Source: Camelus dromedarius
Lineage: Eukaryota
Direction of reading: 5' to 3'
Assembly: GCF_036321535.1 (NCBI RefSeq)
Contig: NC_087436.1
Coordinates: 89,716,001 to 89,780,000 of the forward strand
DNA length: 64,000 nt
Shown: positions 24,442 through 38,270 of the stretch, piece by piece
Layout of the letters: each line of letters opens with the position of its first letter
Numbering within the stretch: the first letter of the stretch is position 1
Program-made: the position numbers and the translations under genes
Notes under the pieces: generated by a model
Told to the model about the DNA's origin: nothing
Database searches by the model: none
The model's input: only the letters and a program-made list of their open reading frames with translations

Positions 24442-27117
24442 TTGAGATTTAATTAAAATTAGACGAGTTCAAGTCTCAGCTCAGCAATCAGGAAGAAACC
24501 TGTGAAATTAAATTATAGCACTTCATCTCTTAGGGTCCTGTTTTGCTGGCTTATGACAGGAGGTTAGAAGTACAATCATCTGATGCACTTGAATGTCTCT
24601 TCCATGATTCACACGTGAGCCCTGGCTGCCACGGGTTGGGATTCCTAACTCGCACTCCACAGAATCACAGAGGAGAATGTCATTCACCTATGACTACTGA
24701 CTCTTCTGTGTGTGTCATTTACAGGCAGAGCTGCAGCTATGGCTTAGCCTGATTACTGCAGAAAGATGTAAAACGGCCACCTGTGATCTCAAGGGTCACT
24801 GCAAACGAGGTGAAAGAATGCTGTGGGCTATTACTTACTCATGTGAAAAGACAGAGGTCCTGATGGGGCGAGCTTTCCTCCCCTCCCCCATCGTACCGAC
24901 AGCGATGGAGGCAGGAAGACGGCGCTCCTGAGAGAGGAAAGCCGCCTTGCATGGGTCTCATCTCTGATGGCACTGACTCTGCTTCTGTTACTCACCACCT
25001 TTGATGCTTGGCCTCTCCATGTTTCTTATTTATGTAAGGAAAACAATCACGACGTTTTTGTTGACGTGATTAGTAGCTCATTTGTTTTCTATCAAACTTC
25101 TTTTCTAGAAGGCCTGGCAGAAAGCATACGCTCTTTAAGATTTCTAGAGCCCAGAGAAAGGGGTGAGAGGGATATTTAACACATTGCTTCTTTCTTTCCC
25201 ATCTTCTTTCTCCTGACGCCACTATCTTCCCTCTCTCTGTGAAGTCTTCTCTCATTTTTTTCTCAAGGACTAAATAATAAATGAATCAGTGAATAAATCT
25301 GCGACTATAAGGTGGAATGGAGAGAAAGCAAGTGAGGAAAAAAGTTACCTGAAAACTAGCTAATCAGGGAAAGCAGAGCTGGAATGCCTGGGTAGTAGAA
25401 AGAAGAGAAATCTGTCCCCTGCAAAGTTATAAATCAGTTAGATCAATCCAAAGTACTGAAAAATCCCCAGCAAAATGCAGCACCAGTAGCCCTTAGCTGC
25501 CACTCATACATCCATAAAATAACTAGAAATGACAGTCTAGGTGAGCACATCATTTAATATTTATACCTGCAGTGCCAATGATATCAACAAACACCTGACT
25601 ATTTAGCCTTCGCATCCTTGCTAAAAGCGAAAAGGTAAAAGAAGGGTCATCATTTTCTCCTTCTTGTTGGCTGTTCTCACTCAACCTTATTCAGCATATC
25701 CTGCTGTATCCTCTCAGGAGACAGGTTATGTACCTGACCTGCATAAGAAAAGTTAGCAAGTGAAATGAGATTTCCCTTAAGCCCCTAAGAGTGTTCTTTG
25801 AAATATATTTGAAAGCCCATCCTTTAATATAGTAACATTCTTTTCTTTACACTTTTATTACTTGGCAATTGAATCCAATCCCCACAGTCAGCACAGAGGC
25901 ACACAAGGAAACACCTTCTGTCTACCTTATGCAGAAACTTGTGTTCAGACACACACACACACACACGTACATTTTCCATATACCAAGGGGTTCACCTGGC
26001 AAACAAAGAAGAAGGAATTAGATCCAGACACAGAATTTTGAAGGAATTAGACCTCAGCAGCATACACACCACAATTCCCAGTGGAGTTCAGCTTACATTT
26101 ATGCAACAACCATCAATCACAGATTTCCCTCAGCTAGGACAAACTTCCTGATCATTTTCACTTTTTAAATCCTATCCATTTTCAGAAACTAACTGAAGTT
26201 CTTTACAACCCATGAGATGGTGCTAGACCCATCCCCACACAGACAGGTCTTTCTTTTCTAAACTTATGCCATTCCTAGTTACCATCAAACTCGATCATTT
26301 GCAAATGCCCCAGGCACATTCTTATGATACCGATAGAACTCTGTTTTAAATACTGCTGTATTTCACTTGAATCTGTATAAACTGGGGCTTATTGGTTTCT
26401 TCCTATGTATATTAGTCTTTGAATAAGAGCCGCGGCTATGGGCCAACGGTTATGCCATGAGTAGTAGCTCCAGAAAGGCATTTTCTAAGGCTTCGTGTGG
26501 TGATGGGCTTTACATTTTTCACTAGGGCAGCAAAGGGGAAAGGGAAGAAGAAAATATTAATAATGCAGGAAAAGAGACAGAGGCAAAGAATAAAAGTATG
26601 CTCTAGAGAAGACTCAAACCTCGTGTAAAGGCAGCGTTCACATGAGCAGCACGCGGAGCTGAGACTGTATAAAGGGAAGGGAGTCTGTGTAATGGCTCCC
26701 AGAGAGGCAAGAACGAGCCTCAGTGTGAATCTAACAACGTAACAGGGTCACAAGTGCACTAGTGACTCTGGAAGTGGGGCCGGTGGGAAGGGTCTCTGTC
26801 CCCCGAGACTGCAAGTGTCGGGAATAGTCATGTAAAGCACTGAGACTGAGCAGCGCTTTCTGTCTACATGTGTAACCTCTTGAGTTGATTTCTGATTTTT
26901 TTTTCCTCCTAACCTTTCTTCTACCTTATGTTGTGACCATTTGCAAAAAGGTCAATATGGGATATTTCTCAGACACACTGAATACAGCAGGCCCAGGTTC
27001 AGGAAAATGAGTAGGATTTTCCTCAAGAAACTTGAGGGTTATAATTACATAATTATGCTTTATTTGTCTACAATTCAGTAGTGAGACCCTTGAGATGAAC
27101 AACTATTTTTAGTCATC

Positions 27118-27468
27118 TCCTATGGACTGAATAGTTGTGTCCCTCCAAAATTCATATGTTCAACCCGAATCCCAATGCAATGGTATTTAAAGCTGGGGCC
27201 TGTGGGAAGTAATTAGGTCATCAGGGTGGAACCCGTGTAAACAGGATTAGTGCACTTACAGTAAGAAGTCAGAGAGCTGTCTGGCTCTCTTCCCACTGTG
27301 TGAGGACACAAGGAGAAGTTAGGCATCTGCAAGAGGGCTCTCACCAGAATCCTGCTGTCACACTGAGCTCTGACTTACAGCCTCCAGAACTACAGACATG
27401 TATTTCTATCTTTGATAAGCTCCCCAGTTGATGGTATTTTGTTATAGCAGCCCAAGCAGACTAAGACA
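27118..27468 (+). mobile_element. MaLR solo LTR (MLT1A-like)
   Basis: CTATGGACTGAAT...CCCTCCAAAATTCATATGTT...GGTATTTTGTTATAGCAGCCCAAGCAGACTAAGACA; TSD TCATC/TCATT. Confidence 0.9.
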
Positions 27469-28559
27469 TCATTCTTACATTCCCCCCAAACCCATCACAA
27501 CACTTTTTGTATGGTAGAGAGTAAATTAATATTTTGCTGATTAACTTGTCCTTCTTAATTCTGCATGTTTACCAGTTAAAGTTAGGAATATTCAATATTC
27601 TTTCCTAAATGAGATAACCCTGTCCAATTAATAAAAAGTCATTAAAAATTCAGTCACATCTTTAATATATCTTGAGTGCAATGAAAAGTCAGGTGGGTGG
27701 AACTGATAATACATCAAAGGATTTTTTTTCCTCCTTATTTTTACAGTTTTGAGCTGTGTGTGGAGTTGCCTTTGAAAACATTTGTGCTTCTCATTTAGAT
27801 GAGCTCTGTGACATGCAGAGAAAGATGAAAAACAATCTCTGTGTGAAGTCGCATATGAGGGGTTAGTTCTAAATTTACCAGCCACTAATTCCTTTGAGTG
27901 ATCATATTTATTCTTTGATTACACATAACCTTACTGATTTCAAAGCAAAAGAGCAGGAGGAGATGAAAATGCTTGAATCACACAGCAGCCTCAGGTGGTG
28001 CCTTTAGCACTGAAGAGCTGACATTCCATTTCCAAGCCTCAAAATATATGAGACTTTGGGAAAATCTGATGCAGTAGTGACAGCCTGCGGCAATTCAGGA
28101 CCAAATCCCAAGCAGAAGACAGTATGTTTGGTGTGTATAGGAGCCCATGCAGCCTGGACAAGGAGCACGAAGGGATGGAACGGGAGCCCCCTGACTTCTG
28201 GTCCCTGGGGGAAAGGTTAGTGGTGTCACACAGGAATGCCTCTGAACCATGGGAAGGCTCTTTGCCAAACACAACAAAGGACTCTTCTTTCTTGAAGGGG
28301 ATTAATACTCTTGCTTATTATCGATTGTATAAAGAACTTTATTCCCACAGAGTGGCTGGAGATACACATAGAGCAATCTGGTAAAAGAAGATTGCAGACC
28401 ATACTAGAGAAAATAAAGTCTCTCGTAGGAATTAATAGATAAAGATCAAATAGTTAAGTTGTATGCTGAGAAAGCACATAAATTGATACATTAAATCATT
28501 TTGTTCTGTAAGTATATAGTTGTTTCTTTCTGTTTTTTGATTCTAGTTTATAGTTATTC

Positions 28560-29260
28560 AGTGATTACTATATGCCAAGTACTGAACTGAATATTTCACA
28601 ATATTATTGCTTTTAAATCTTATTGAAAATCACAGGAAATATGTACAATGATTAATTCTATTTTTTAAAATAGCAAATTGGAGCTTAGAGAAGTTAAATA
28701 AATGGCTGAAGATCATGCAAGTACTAATCTCAAGACTGAGAATTGGTAACTAAAGAATGTCATTGGCCATTGGCTCTACAAGGTTTGAGTCATTAGCCGC
28801 TGCACTTGCTAACTTCAAAGTACCCTGGAAAGAGTTCAGGGCAGAACACAGGGATGAGGCACGTGATGCTCTGTGGAAACAGGCAGAACAGGCTTTCAAG
28901 TAGTTAGACATTTTCAGGAGCAAATCTGAAGAACTCAATTTCTTGCATATTCTCATCCTTAGAAAAGCACTAAGACCGTTAACTGAGACATCTGTTTTTT
29001 GGTGACTGGCAGTAACCTTCTACAGAGATATGTGCTTGGTTGCATGGACCCCCTTCTCCAAAATCAGATATATGCTGTCCTCCCCTCTTCACTCTTTGAA
29101 GCAGTTCCTCAAAGCTCTCTGAGAGGCTGTCTCTTGGGCTATCGTCCTCAGTAAGTCCTCAGATAAAACCTAAACTCACAGCTCTTACCTTGTGCTTTTT
29201 ATTTCAGTTGACAGACTTGAAGCCAGTTCTAACTCCAAACCCCACATTCATAATTATTAA
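28560..29260 (-). mobile_element. MIR interrupted by a solo LTR
   Basis: MIR core at 28560-28740 (ATGCCAAGTACTG...GAGCTTAGAGAAGTTAAATAA) resumes at 29214 (GACTTGAAGCCAGTTCTAACTCCAAACCC). Confidence 0.65.
28744..29213 (+). mobile_element. ERV1-like solo LTR
   Basis: TG...CA termini with an imperfect terminal inverted repeat (TGGTAACTAAA / TTCAGTTGACA), 4-bp TSD GAAT/GACT, and a poly(A)-signal-like AGATAAAA ~50 nt from the end. Confidence 0.75.
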
Positions 29261-29584
29261 CCTGGATGATCCCTGAAGCAAGAAGCAGATATTTTAGTGT
29301 GGCCCTTGATGGTCTGCAGCAAGACTGTGCACTACAGAGAGAATTCAGATGGGACAATATTTGTTTCTTAATAATGTGGCATTGGAGACTTCTATCAGGA
29401 ATCAGGAATTATTGTATATCCTCCTGCACTAATTGTATGTAAGCATAGTTTGCCTCAATTAGACATACTCAGTTATAGTGTGTCTCACTTTAGGTCCTGC
29501 CAATCTCTGAAATATATATATATATATCTCCTTATAGATTCCTGAGTTAAAAGAGACCTACCAGTTATTATCATATAAGGGCAT

Positions 29585-30130
29585 TGTGATGGCTAATTTT
29601 ATTGTCAACTTGACTTGTCAAGGGATGCCCAGATTAAACATTTTTTTCTGGTGAAAGTGTTTCCAGTAAAATTAGCATTTGAATCAATGAATTCAGTAAA
29701 GTAGATCACCCTTCCCAAAGTGTATGGGCATCATCCAATCCCTTGATGGCTTGAATAGACCGAAAGGCAGAGGAAGAAAGAATTCACCCTTTTATTATTC
29801 TGCCTCACTGCCGGAGTGAGGCATCTCATTTCATCTTCTGCTCTCAGACTGGGATTTACATTATTGACGCCCCTGTTTTTCAGGCTGTTGGACTTGAACT
29901 GGAATACACCACGGGCTTTCCTGGGGCTCTGGGTTTCCTAGGGCTCCAGCCTGTGGACTGCAGATCATGGGACTTATAGACCGATGTAATCCTGTGAGCC
30001 AGTTCCTCATAGTAAACCTAGCTATCTGTCATCTCTCTCTGTCTCTGTCTCTCTCTTATTTAAATACTGTTAGTATATAGAAATATAGCTTCTCTTGGTT
30101 CTGTTTCTCTGGAGAACTTTGACTAATACA
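29585..30130 (+). mobile_element. ERVL solo LTR (MLT2B-like)
   Basis: TGTGATGGCTAATTTTATTGTCAACTTGAC...GGTTCTGTTTCTCTGGAGAACTTTGACTAATACA, characteristic MLT2 ends. Confidence 0.9.
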
Positions 30131-30523
30131 GACACTTAGGTTAGGGGATAAAGATTTTGGTGCCCAGAGAAGATAAAGTTTAGTAAACAACCTGTGCAGA
30201 GTCCTGCCCTAGAATGGCTCCCCACTGCCCCAACCCCGGGGTGGGGGGTGTGCTATAAGCTGCATCCACACATGTGAGCAGTCAGCTAATCTCACTGTAA
30301 ACAAAAGCTGCTGTATTTTGTAATTCATAGCAATTCAATTAGAAAGAAATTTCACATCTTTTATTCCCCCTTGTGAAAAAAAAAATTTCCTTCCTGTTAC
30401 TAAACTTTAGGCTGGTTGTCCCAGGGTAGAAAAGTGCCTTGACATTGGCGAGTTGTATTATAGTCTTCAAATCTTCTTGCCAACTCTTTTTTGAATACGT
30501 TGCATTCAGGCGTGAATTCGTCT

Positions 30524-31095
30524 ATTCATTCAGTCATTTCAGAACAACATGTGGATTGCCTACTCCATGCCAGGCATGTTTTACACATTAGCAAGGAAGG
30601 GATGTCCAAACAGGAAAATTCCTTGTTCTGGCAAACGCGTAAACAAATACACATGAAATATCATACCAGTTATCAGTGATGAGAGAATGACTAAACCTGG
30701 GAAAGGAAAGAGAGCATATCTAGAAGGCTGGGGGTGTGAATCAAAATAAGGTGTTCAGGGATGGTCTTGCTGAGGATGTAGCATTTCAGTAACATCATGA
30801 ATAAAGCTAAAGAGTAAAGCAGCACATCTCTGGGGTAAGAACATTCCAGGATAACCAGAAAACCACAAACTCCCCGAAGAGAAGCCCTGCTAAGTATATT
30901 TAAGTTCCGGTGAGGAACCTAAAGTGCTGGAGCGAAGCAAGAAATAGGAATGAAGTCAGAGTAATGACCAGGGGCCAGATTATGAACAGCCTTACACACC
31001 GTGGATTTTGTTCTAAGAGTGACAAGAAGTCCCTGGGAGTTTTGAGTCGGGTATAGGAAGATCTGATTTGTGTTTAAAAAACATTGTTCTTGAGT
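30524..31095 (-). mobile_element. L2 3' fragment
   Basis: ATTCATTCAGTCATTTCAGAACAACATG...GCCTACTCCATGCCAGGCATG, then purine-rich antisense L2 body. Confidence 0.75.
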
Positions 31096-31254
31096 AGAGC
31101 AGAACGTACTCTGTATAAATCAGGCCTCTACAATTCTGAAGTGAAAAGAAAACAAATAGACTCATCACTCGCCCTTTAGAAAGACGCTAGTGTTATCTTT
31201 AAAGAGAATTATGTACACATCATTGTTAGTTGCTCTGTTGTTAAAGGTTTTTCT

Positions 31255-31570
31255 TTCAATTTTATTGGCTGTAACATAAATACAGAAAAGTACACAAGTC
31301 ATAAATTTATTGCTTAATGAATTATCACACGGTGAATAAAGCTGCTTAGCTATTATCTAAGTCAGGAAATAAAGTATTTCCATTACTTTCAGAAACTCCA
31401 TTTGTCACTTCTCCCAACCATACTCCTTCCCTCCTCCGAAAGGACTATTGTCCTGACTTCCAAAATCATAGATTAGGTCTGTCTGTTTTAAAACAATGTA
31501 TAGATGGAATCATCCCTTAGGTTCTATTTGGGCTGGGGCTGCCGTTGCTCAATATTGTGTTTGCAGGATC
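31255..31570 (-). mobile_element. Old L1 3'UTR fragment (L1MC/ME-type)
   Basis: ATACAGAAAAGTACACAAGTCATAA...CTATTGTCCTGACTTCCAAAATCATAGATTAG...ATAGATGGAATCAT. Confidence 0.7.
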
Positions 31571-33784
31571 TTGGCACTGTAAATCCATCTCCAATGCATC
31601 TTTATTTTCTATTTTATTAGTTTATCTTATCATTAGTGGTTTTCTTCTACATTCTTTCAAGTTTCCTTTTTAATGTCAGAAGGTCTATTTCCTTTTCTCT
31701 CTCATTCCTAAAATGTAGTCCTTTTGGATCCTGAACTAAAACCTGGAGTGTTTACCACAGCCTCCCATCCTGTGGGCTCTCGATTCCAATTTTTGTCCTT
31801 AATGTGCATGAACCTGTCAGACGCTCTGCTTTGCTTCTCAGGCTCTCAGGAATCTCTCCAGAATTGTCACTTGCCCTGGGGGGGTACATGGTCCCACAGT
31901 CTGGATTTATCTCCATGGTCCCTCCTTTCCTCCTGTCCTAGATCCTAGCCTTGCAGTTCGTCTCCACCATGGGAGCTCTTTGGTTTACTAAACAGATTAT
32001 TTTTTGCTCCAAATTTGTTCATTTTCCTTAGTGAATGACCTAGTGGGTTCACCTTTACCACAACATTTTGATAAAGTTTTGGTCATTTTTAAGGTGGCTA
32101 ATGTTCTGAATGCCTTGAATTTACTATAACTCTTGTCATCAATTTAAAATTGTATAGATTATTTTAAAATGGAAATCTCTTCTTTCACAAATGTAGTAGG
32201 TCTATAAAACAATTAAAAACTGAAAAAAAGGATAAAGGTTTATTTTCACTGATTATTTTCCAGAAAAGCTCTCGAAAAATCACACATAGGATTTCTAAAT
32301 GCCAAATTTAAAATTATGTTCCTTTAATAAGAAATGCAGACTCAGCATAACTTCTGCAAAGTATTTTTGATCATTCAAAAATAAATTAAGTATTGACTAT
32401 AAACCAATATGACTTGAAGAAAGGTAAATCTTATACACTGACAACTGAGAAAAGAGCGTGGAGAAATTACTCCTATTTAGATGAATTATATTTATAAATT
32501 TATCTCACTTCCATTGTTAAATTTTATTCTAACCTCATAACTAAGGGAGGATAAGTGACTTTCCTGTGTCACACAGCAAACAAGTGACAGAGATGGACCT
32601 CAAACTCTCGTGACTACTGTAATATTCTCAGGTGTCTCACACCTTCCCCAGTCCTTCTGTAACTTTAAGTTTGTGTCTAGTTACTACGCTCTCCCCTCCC
32701 TACATTTTCTAATACAATTTCTTGAAAGTGAAAAAACAGTGATTGTTTTCTGAACTTCCTCAATTCCTATGTTCCCAGTCTGAACTACTATGGAGTGTTC
32801 ATATTTCCAAGTTTTTGGAATTTTTGTGAAACTAAACAGGCAAATAACAAGTAACAAGTCAATGGATCAAGATATTAAAGAATGAATTCCTGAATGAACT
32901 GAATGTTTGGACAAAGGAACTTCAAAATTACCTTTCACATTCAATACTAGGTAACATTATAACTACCTTCAAATTGTTTTCTTATTTAAAAGCAGCTTGA
33001 AAAGTAATTTTAAAACGTTTAAAAGATTTTACAATAGTGATCATTCTATTCAAATATACATAATGTTAATGTCAAACCTTTTTTTGAAATGAATATAAAG
33101 GCGCCATAAAGCTCTATGACTATTGTCTCTATTTGCCACTTACATTTCCTGTTCAAAATATATGTAATTTGTTTTTCTATCAATAGTCCATCTTTTGAGC
33201 CCAGCCAGTACGATATCTAATACTGGCTCTCTGACAACAGTCAGCCCTGCCTTTCTCTGAAGGAAATGATGTAGTTTATGTGCAATGCCTCTTATCTCTT
33301 TGTGGCGCGTAGTGTCTATGTGGTAATTAAAGCAAGCAGCTAGAGTAATCATGGGTTATTAGGGGGAAATGCTTGCGATTAGGAAAAAAGATGGCTGTTA
33401 TATTAATACTTCAGGTGGCAGAGCCTGTCTGAAGGGAAGCTATTTCGGGAAGGACTCTGGGACTCTGCCTTTCCGATGCATGTGCTAATCTCAAGTCCCA
33501 TTACTAAAAACTTGAATATATTTATCCAATATGAACCTGAATGACTTTTCCCACTGACTACTTGAGGCTCATTGGATACAGAGAGAAGGAAGTAGAGTAT
33601 GCTACTGGAAGAGGTGCAGTGGATCAATCAGGTAAATACTGAACCTTCCAACTATGTGCAAAGCAACATGCTAGATGCTCTGGGTCATTGGATATCGGAT
33701 GCTCTGCCTGACTTCCGAGAGCCTTATCAGCCAGGAGGCAAAACTCTTGCACATGCTCTTCAATTGAGCATCACAGTATAGTAC

Positions 33785-34278
33785 TGTATTTGTTTTCTAT
33801 TGCTGCTGTGACAAATTATCACCAACAACGGCTTAAAACAACACTAATTCATTATTTTACAGTCCTGCAGCTTTGAAGTCTTGCCAGGCTAAAATAAAGA
33901 TATCTCCAGGGCTGCATTCCTTTCAGGAAGCTGTAGGGTAGAATTCATTTCCTTACTTGTTTTCAGCTTCTAAAGCTGTTTATATTCAAATAGCTGCTGG
34001 GAGCTCCATTACTCTGTCTTCAAAATTAGCTGCGTTTCTCCCTGACCCTTCCCCCCTATAAGTGCATCTCCATCTGACATCAGAAGAAAAAGGGTCTTCA
34101 CTTTTAAGGACTTATGTGGTAAGATGGGGTTCACTTGGATAATCCATGATAATCTATCTCAATGTTCTTAACCGGTATTATCATTGCAAAGTCCTGTTTG
34201 CTATGTATGGTAACATGGTCACAGTTTTCAAGGATTAGTTTGTGGACATATTTGAGGGCCATTATTCTACCTACCGTA
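33785..34278 (-). mobile_element. MaLR solo LTR (MLT1D-like)
   Basis: TGTATTTGTTTTCTATTGCTGCTGTGACAAATTATCACC...GGCTTAAAACAACAC...GGGCCATTATTCTACCTACC. Confidence 0.85.
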
Positions 34279-35544
34279 ACTATTAAAAGAGTAGTTTAAA
34301 AATAAAGCTTAAATTAAGATTCAGAGATGGAAGAGAGAGATCATGTGGGCAAGACGCTAAGGAAAGAGTTTTCAAGAAGGTGGGGAGTAGACTGATCTTT
34401 AAAAACTCGATTATCTGCTTCTTAATATTTTCTTCTGCCTCTTGAATCAATTTTACTTCCAGAAAATCAATTATTTCATCAAGGTTTGTCAAGTTGTTTG
34501 CATACATGATAGCATTATTTATGTTTTCTCATATTATCCTCAAAATAATCTCATCAGGGAGGTATTATTATTATTATTATTATATAGATGAAGAAAAAAT
34601 AGGTTAAGTAAATTACCTCAAGTCACATTCTTCGTATATATTGAAACTAAATGCAAACCTTCATAATTGGCACCCATGCTTACACTTAACCACCCTACCA
34701 TATATCTCTTTTTTTTACATTTTCCTTCAAATTCCTAATATTTTGTTGTGGTATTTTCCTTTTTAAACCAAGTTTATGTCTATCTTTTAAGACTATTACA
34801 TTCAATACTTTTTGTTTGCTATTTTTATGTTGTTTTCAAATGTAATGTTTTCTCATTTCATGTTTGTAATTTTCTCCCCTCTTTTTTTCTGAAAAATTAT
34901 TTTGTCCTCTAACATCTGGTGTTGAATTCTCACTTATTTTCTTCAAAAAGTGTATAAGATATAGAATCAGCTTCTGAATAAATTTTACCATATCTCAAAA
35001 ATATTGAAATTCAGTATTATTTTAAGAAAATTGGTAACTGAGTTTTTGAAGTTTTTTCTCCAGAGTTATTCATCATTATTGCAGAAAAATGAAATTTAAC
35101 AAAGGACTAAGAAAATAAATGATCTTTCCACCTAGACAACTAGAAATCTCGAGAGTTCTGGTGAGTTGTTTGGCAAACAGCTTCTGGGACTCTAGGGCTC
35201 CTTAATTTTTTTGACACATATTTACAAAAATAAATTAACACGATGTAAACTGTTTGTAATTTTTAATTTTTCTTATAGAAATATATGAAGGATATATATC
35301 AACAAGTCTATCTTGTTTTATCATCATTTTTATTGATTGCACAGTGGGTCTTTGATGAGAATAGTATAATGTATTTAACTAAGCCTCTGTAGTGAGACTG
35401 TTTTTCCCAATTTTGGATTACTATAAACAACACAGCAGTAAGCATCTACACACTTCTAGTTTAATCAATCTCTCCATCTATTTATGTGTCTATCTTCTCC
35501 ATATTCTTATTTACCTGTCTGTCTGATTATATCCTTTGTAAGGG

Positions 35545-35785
35545 AACATAGTATATTGTTAAGTATTTGAGTTTTGGTCTCGGTTTTCCTGTAACTGAAT
35601 CTCTTCTCCACCACTTGCTCTGTACGTGAGTTTTGTCTGGTCATTTAGCCCTTCCATGTCTCAGTTTTCTCCTGAATGTCCAAGTAATAGAATTGACCTC
35701 ATGGGATTGTGGTGAATACTAAATAGAACAAACCACTTGCAAAAGTACCTGATATATATTGTTAAAAAATGATAGCTCTTATTAT
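35545..35785 (+). mobile_element. MIR SINE
   Basis: GTTAAGTATTTGAG...CCACCACTTGCTCTG...TCTCAGTTTTCTC...ACCTCATGGGATTGTGGTGAATACTAAAT. Confidence 0.65.
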
Positions 35786-36185
35786 TTGGATTTACTCCTG
35801 GAAATAAAATTTCTAGGTCAAAGGTAAGTCACATTTTATGGTAATATAAGATGGCCAACATTATACCATTAAAACTCAGAAGATGTTTAAAAGATAGCTT
35901 CTCCTAAAGTAAACAAGCTCCTTAGTTAAAAAAAATCATTAGGATTGAAGATGTTTTATCCTTCCCCAATTTTAGACATTGAACCAAAAGAACAATTATA
36001 AGGTAATCGTCACTATCAAGGAAAAGTATCCAGGGAAGCAATGGAAGATTCTGTCACTTTGAAAATGAAAGCAATAATATGAAAATCTAGAAACAGATTA
36101 TTAATATTTAATATATATTTTTAATTTTCACACTGTTCTCAACCAAGTTAGTGCCCATATTGTAATAGGTGTATAAACATATTAT

Positions 36186-36804
36186 TGTATGGAGTCACTT
36201 CAACTGTCTTTGAACAAGTCTTCATTAAGAGCAGGAAGAGAGCTGGCTGTGAACAGGGAAAGGGGGACATGGGCCAAATGGCAGGAAACCATACATCTTG
36301 TGAACAGCAGGGGTCCTTGGGCAGACAGAGAAAAGCAGGAACCTTTGGACGGATAAGAAATCACACATTTTGAGGTGACAGGTGTCCAAAGCAAGGTGGG
36401 AAAAGGCAGGAATCTCCAGCCTCCAAATGTAATCTTTTGCTCATTGTGCCCTCATTGCAATAAAATTAGCCTTGCAGATTAGAAGTACCCATGATGCACT
36501 GACACCACGACACTTCCCGTCCAGACTGAATAAGGGCAGAAGTCTCTCCTCCCCTTGGGAAGGTGGACCTGGATGAAAATCAGGGAATACAACCTCAAAC
36601 CCCACCTTCCCCAGTGAACATTCCACCCATTTATTTTTACACTCTATGTAACCAACTTGCCAAAGAAACTCACCTGAGCCTGCCCACTCTCCCCTTGAGA
36701 GTGTACTGTCTATCACTCAGAAATGCTCACTTTACTTTTTTGACCTCCATGTCTCATCTCTGAATTCTTTCTGCAATGAGACAAGAACCTAATCTCTGGC
36801 AACA
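36186..36804 (+). mobile_element. ERV1-like solo LTR
   Basis: Ends ...GAATTCTTTCTGCAATGAGACAAGAACCTAATCTCTGGCAACA (typical ERV1 U5); probable TG start at 36186 with 4-bp TSD TTAT/GTAT; GC-richer than its flanks. The 5' boundary is less certain. Confidence 0.7.
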
Positions 36805-37552
36805 GTATTATAAGAATTTAAACTTTAAAAATGAAGCTTTTCTTCAATTAATAGAATCACTGCACTATAAAAGTCACATTTTAAAGAAGTGTAAAAATGC
36901 CGTCGGGCATTTTATTGTTAATACTCATTTATTTCGTTAATACTATTAATACATTCAGTGAGCCATTGAATATTTTACTGGCTAGATTTTCTCTCTAGAA
37001 AAGGTGGAACCATTTCTGTAGTTAGAATATGGTGTTTTCAGCAAAATCACTTGTCATGCATACATTTATGCTATGAGTCCTACCTAATAATCTGAATTAA
37101 CATTTCTGGGATCGAGTATAATTCATTGCCAAATGGTTGATTGTTCTGTCTTTGTGGGTGAACTCTGGTCTACTTCTAAGGACAGAGTGATTTATTGACA
37201 TTGGGTATGCTGTGTATCTAAACACTATTATATCCGTATGTGGTTCTCACCAATTTTAGCATATGCTAATGATGACACCATTCAAAATCTTTGTGGTTAG
37301 GCTAGAGTTTAATTCAGCTTCACTTAATCGAATATTTAAAAAATTGTGAAATGAAAGACATTGAAGTCAAAAGATTATAATCAAAAAACATTAAAGGAAA
37401 ATCTTGGTATAAAATTAACTGTAGTTACTGGCTTTGATGAGTTTAAATAATTCAAGAGGGGCAAATACCGAAGGTTTAGTATTGGAGATGACCAGTGTAT
37501 GTTACATCACCAGTGCTACACTGCCTATCTCACCTAAAAACTGATGTTACAT

Positions 37553-38270
37553 GACTTCTACCATCCACTGGGATAAAATAACAGGGGACTGGATTTACCC
37601 TCTTACTTGAAACAACTGAGAAGCTGGACCAAATATATGAAATAATAATTTTCCTGATTATGTATCAGGCAACAAAGGACAACGATACTTGAATATGGTG
37701 AGACCTAAAATTGTCCCAGGTTAATGCCTGGAGAGTCTTCCAGTTGCAGTAGAGGAAGGGGAAAACAGGAGGAGGCCAGTGGGCTCCCTGTATTGAGAAC
37801 TTGGGACTGGAAGTTTGGTTTTACTCATTTGATGGGGAGCAGGTAGCATTCATAAGGCAGAGTAGTAGTGAGGAGAGACACACACAGAGAGAGCCCTGGA
37901 GATCTGCTGAAGGTCCGGGATTCTTGAGTCTTCATTGGAGCACTAAGCAGGACATGTATGTGAAGAAACTGCCTAAGGCTGGGAAAAAAGGAAACACTCA
38001 AAATAATAAAAGAGAACTTTACCGAACTCCTGAGGGCCAGGAAAAGTGTATTTTCCTAGCAGTTAGAGTAGAAAAACCTCATAATTTATGGATCATTGAG
38101 TAGTGAACTCAGACAAATTTTGCTTCAGTAATGGGGCAAAATTAGCTTTAAAATAAATCCTTCTCTGGCCCTGCCACACAAAGACTAAAAGCAAGATTTG
38201 AGATGACCAAACTTCTTTGAATTAAATGTGTTGTGAAATAAATCTCAAGAATATTTATAGATAAGTCCAA
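37553..38270 (+). mobile_element. Old L1 5' region (L1MC/L1MD-type 5'UTR)
   Basis: AACAGGGGACTGGATTTACCCTCTTACTTGAAACAACTGAGAAGCTGGACCAAATATATGAAATAA resembles remembered L1M 5' ends. Confidence 0.6.
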
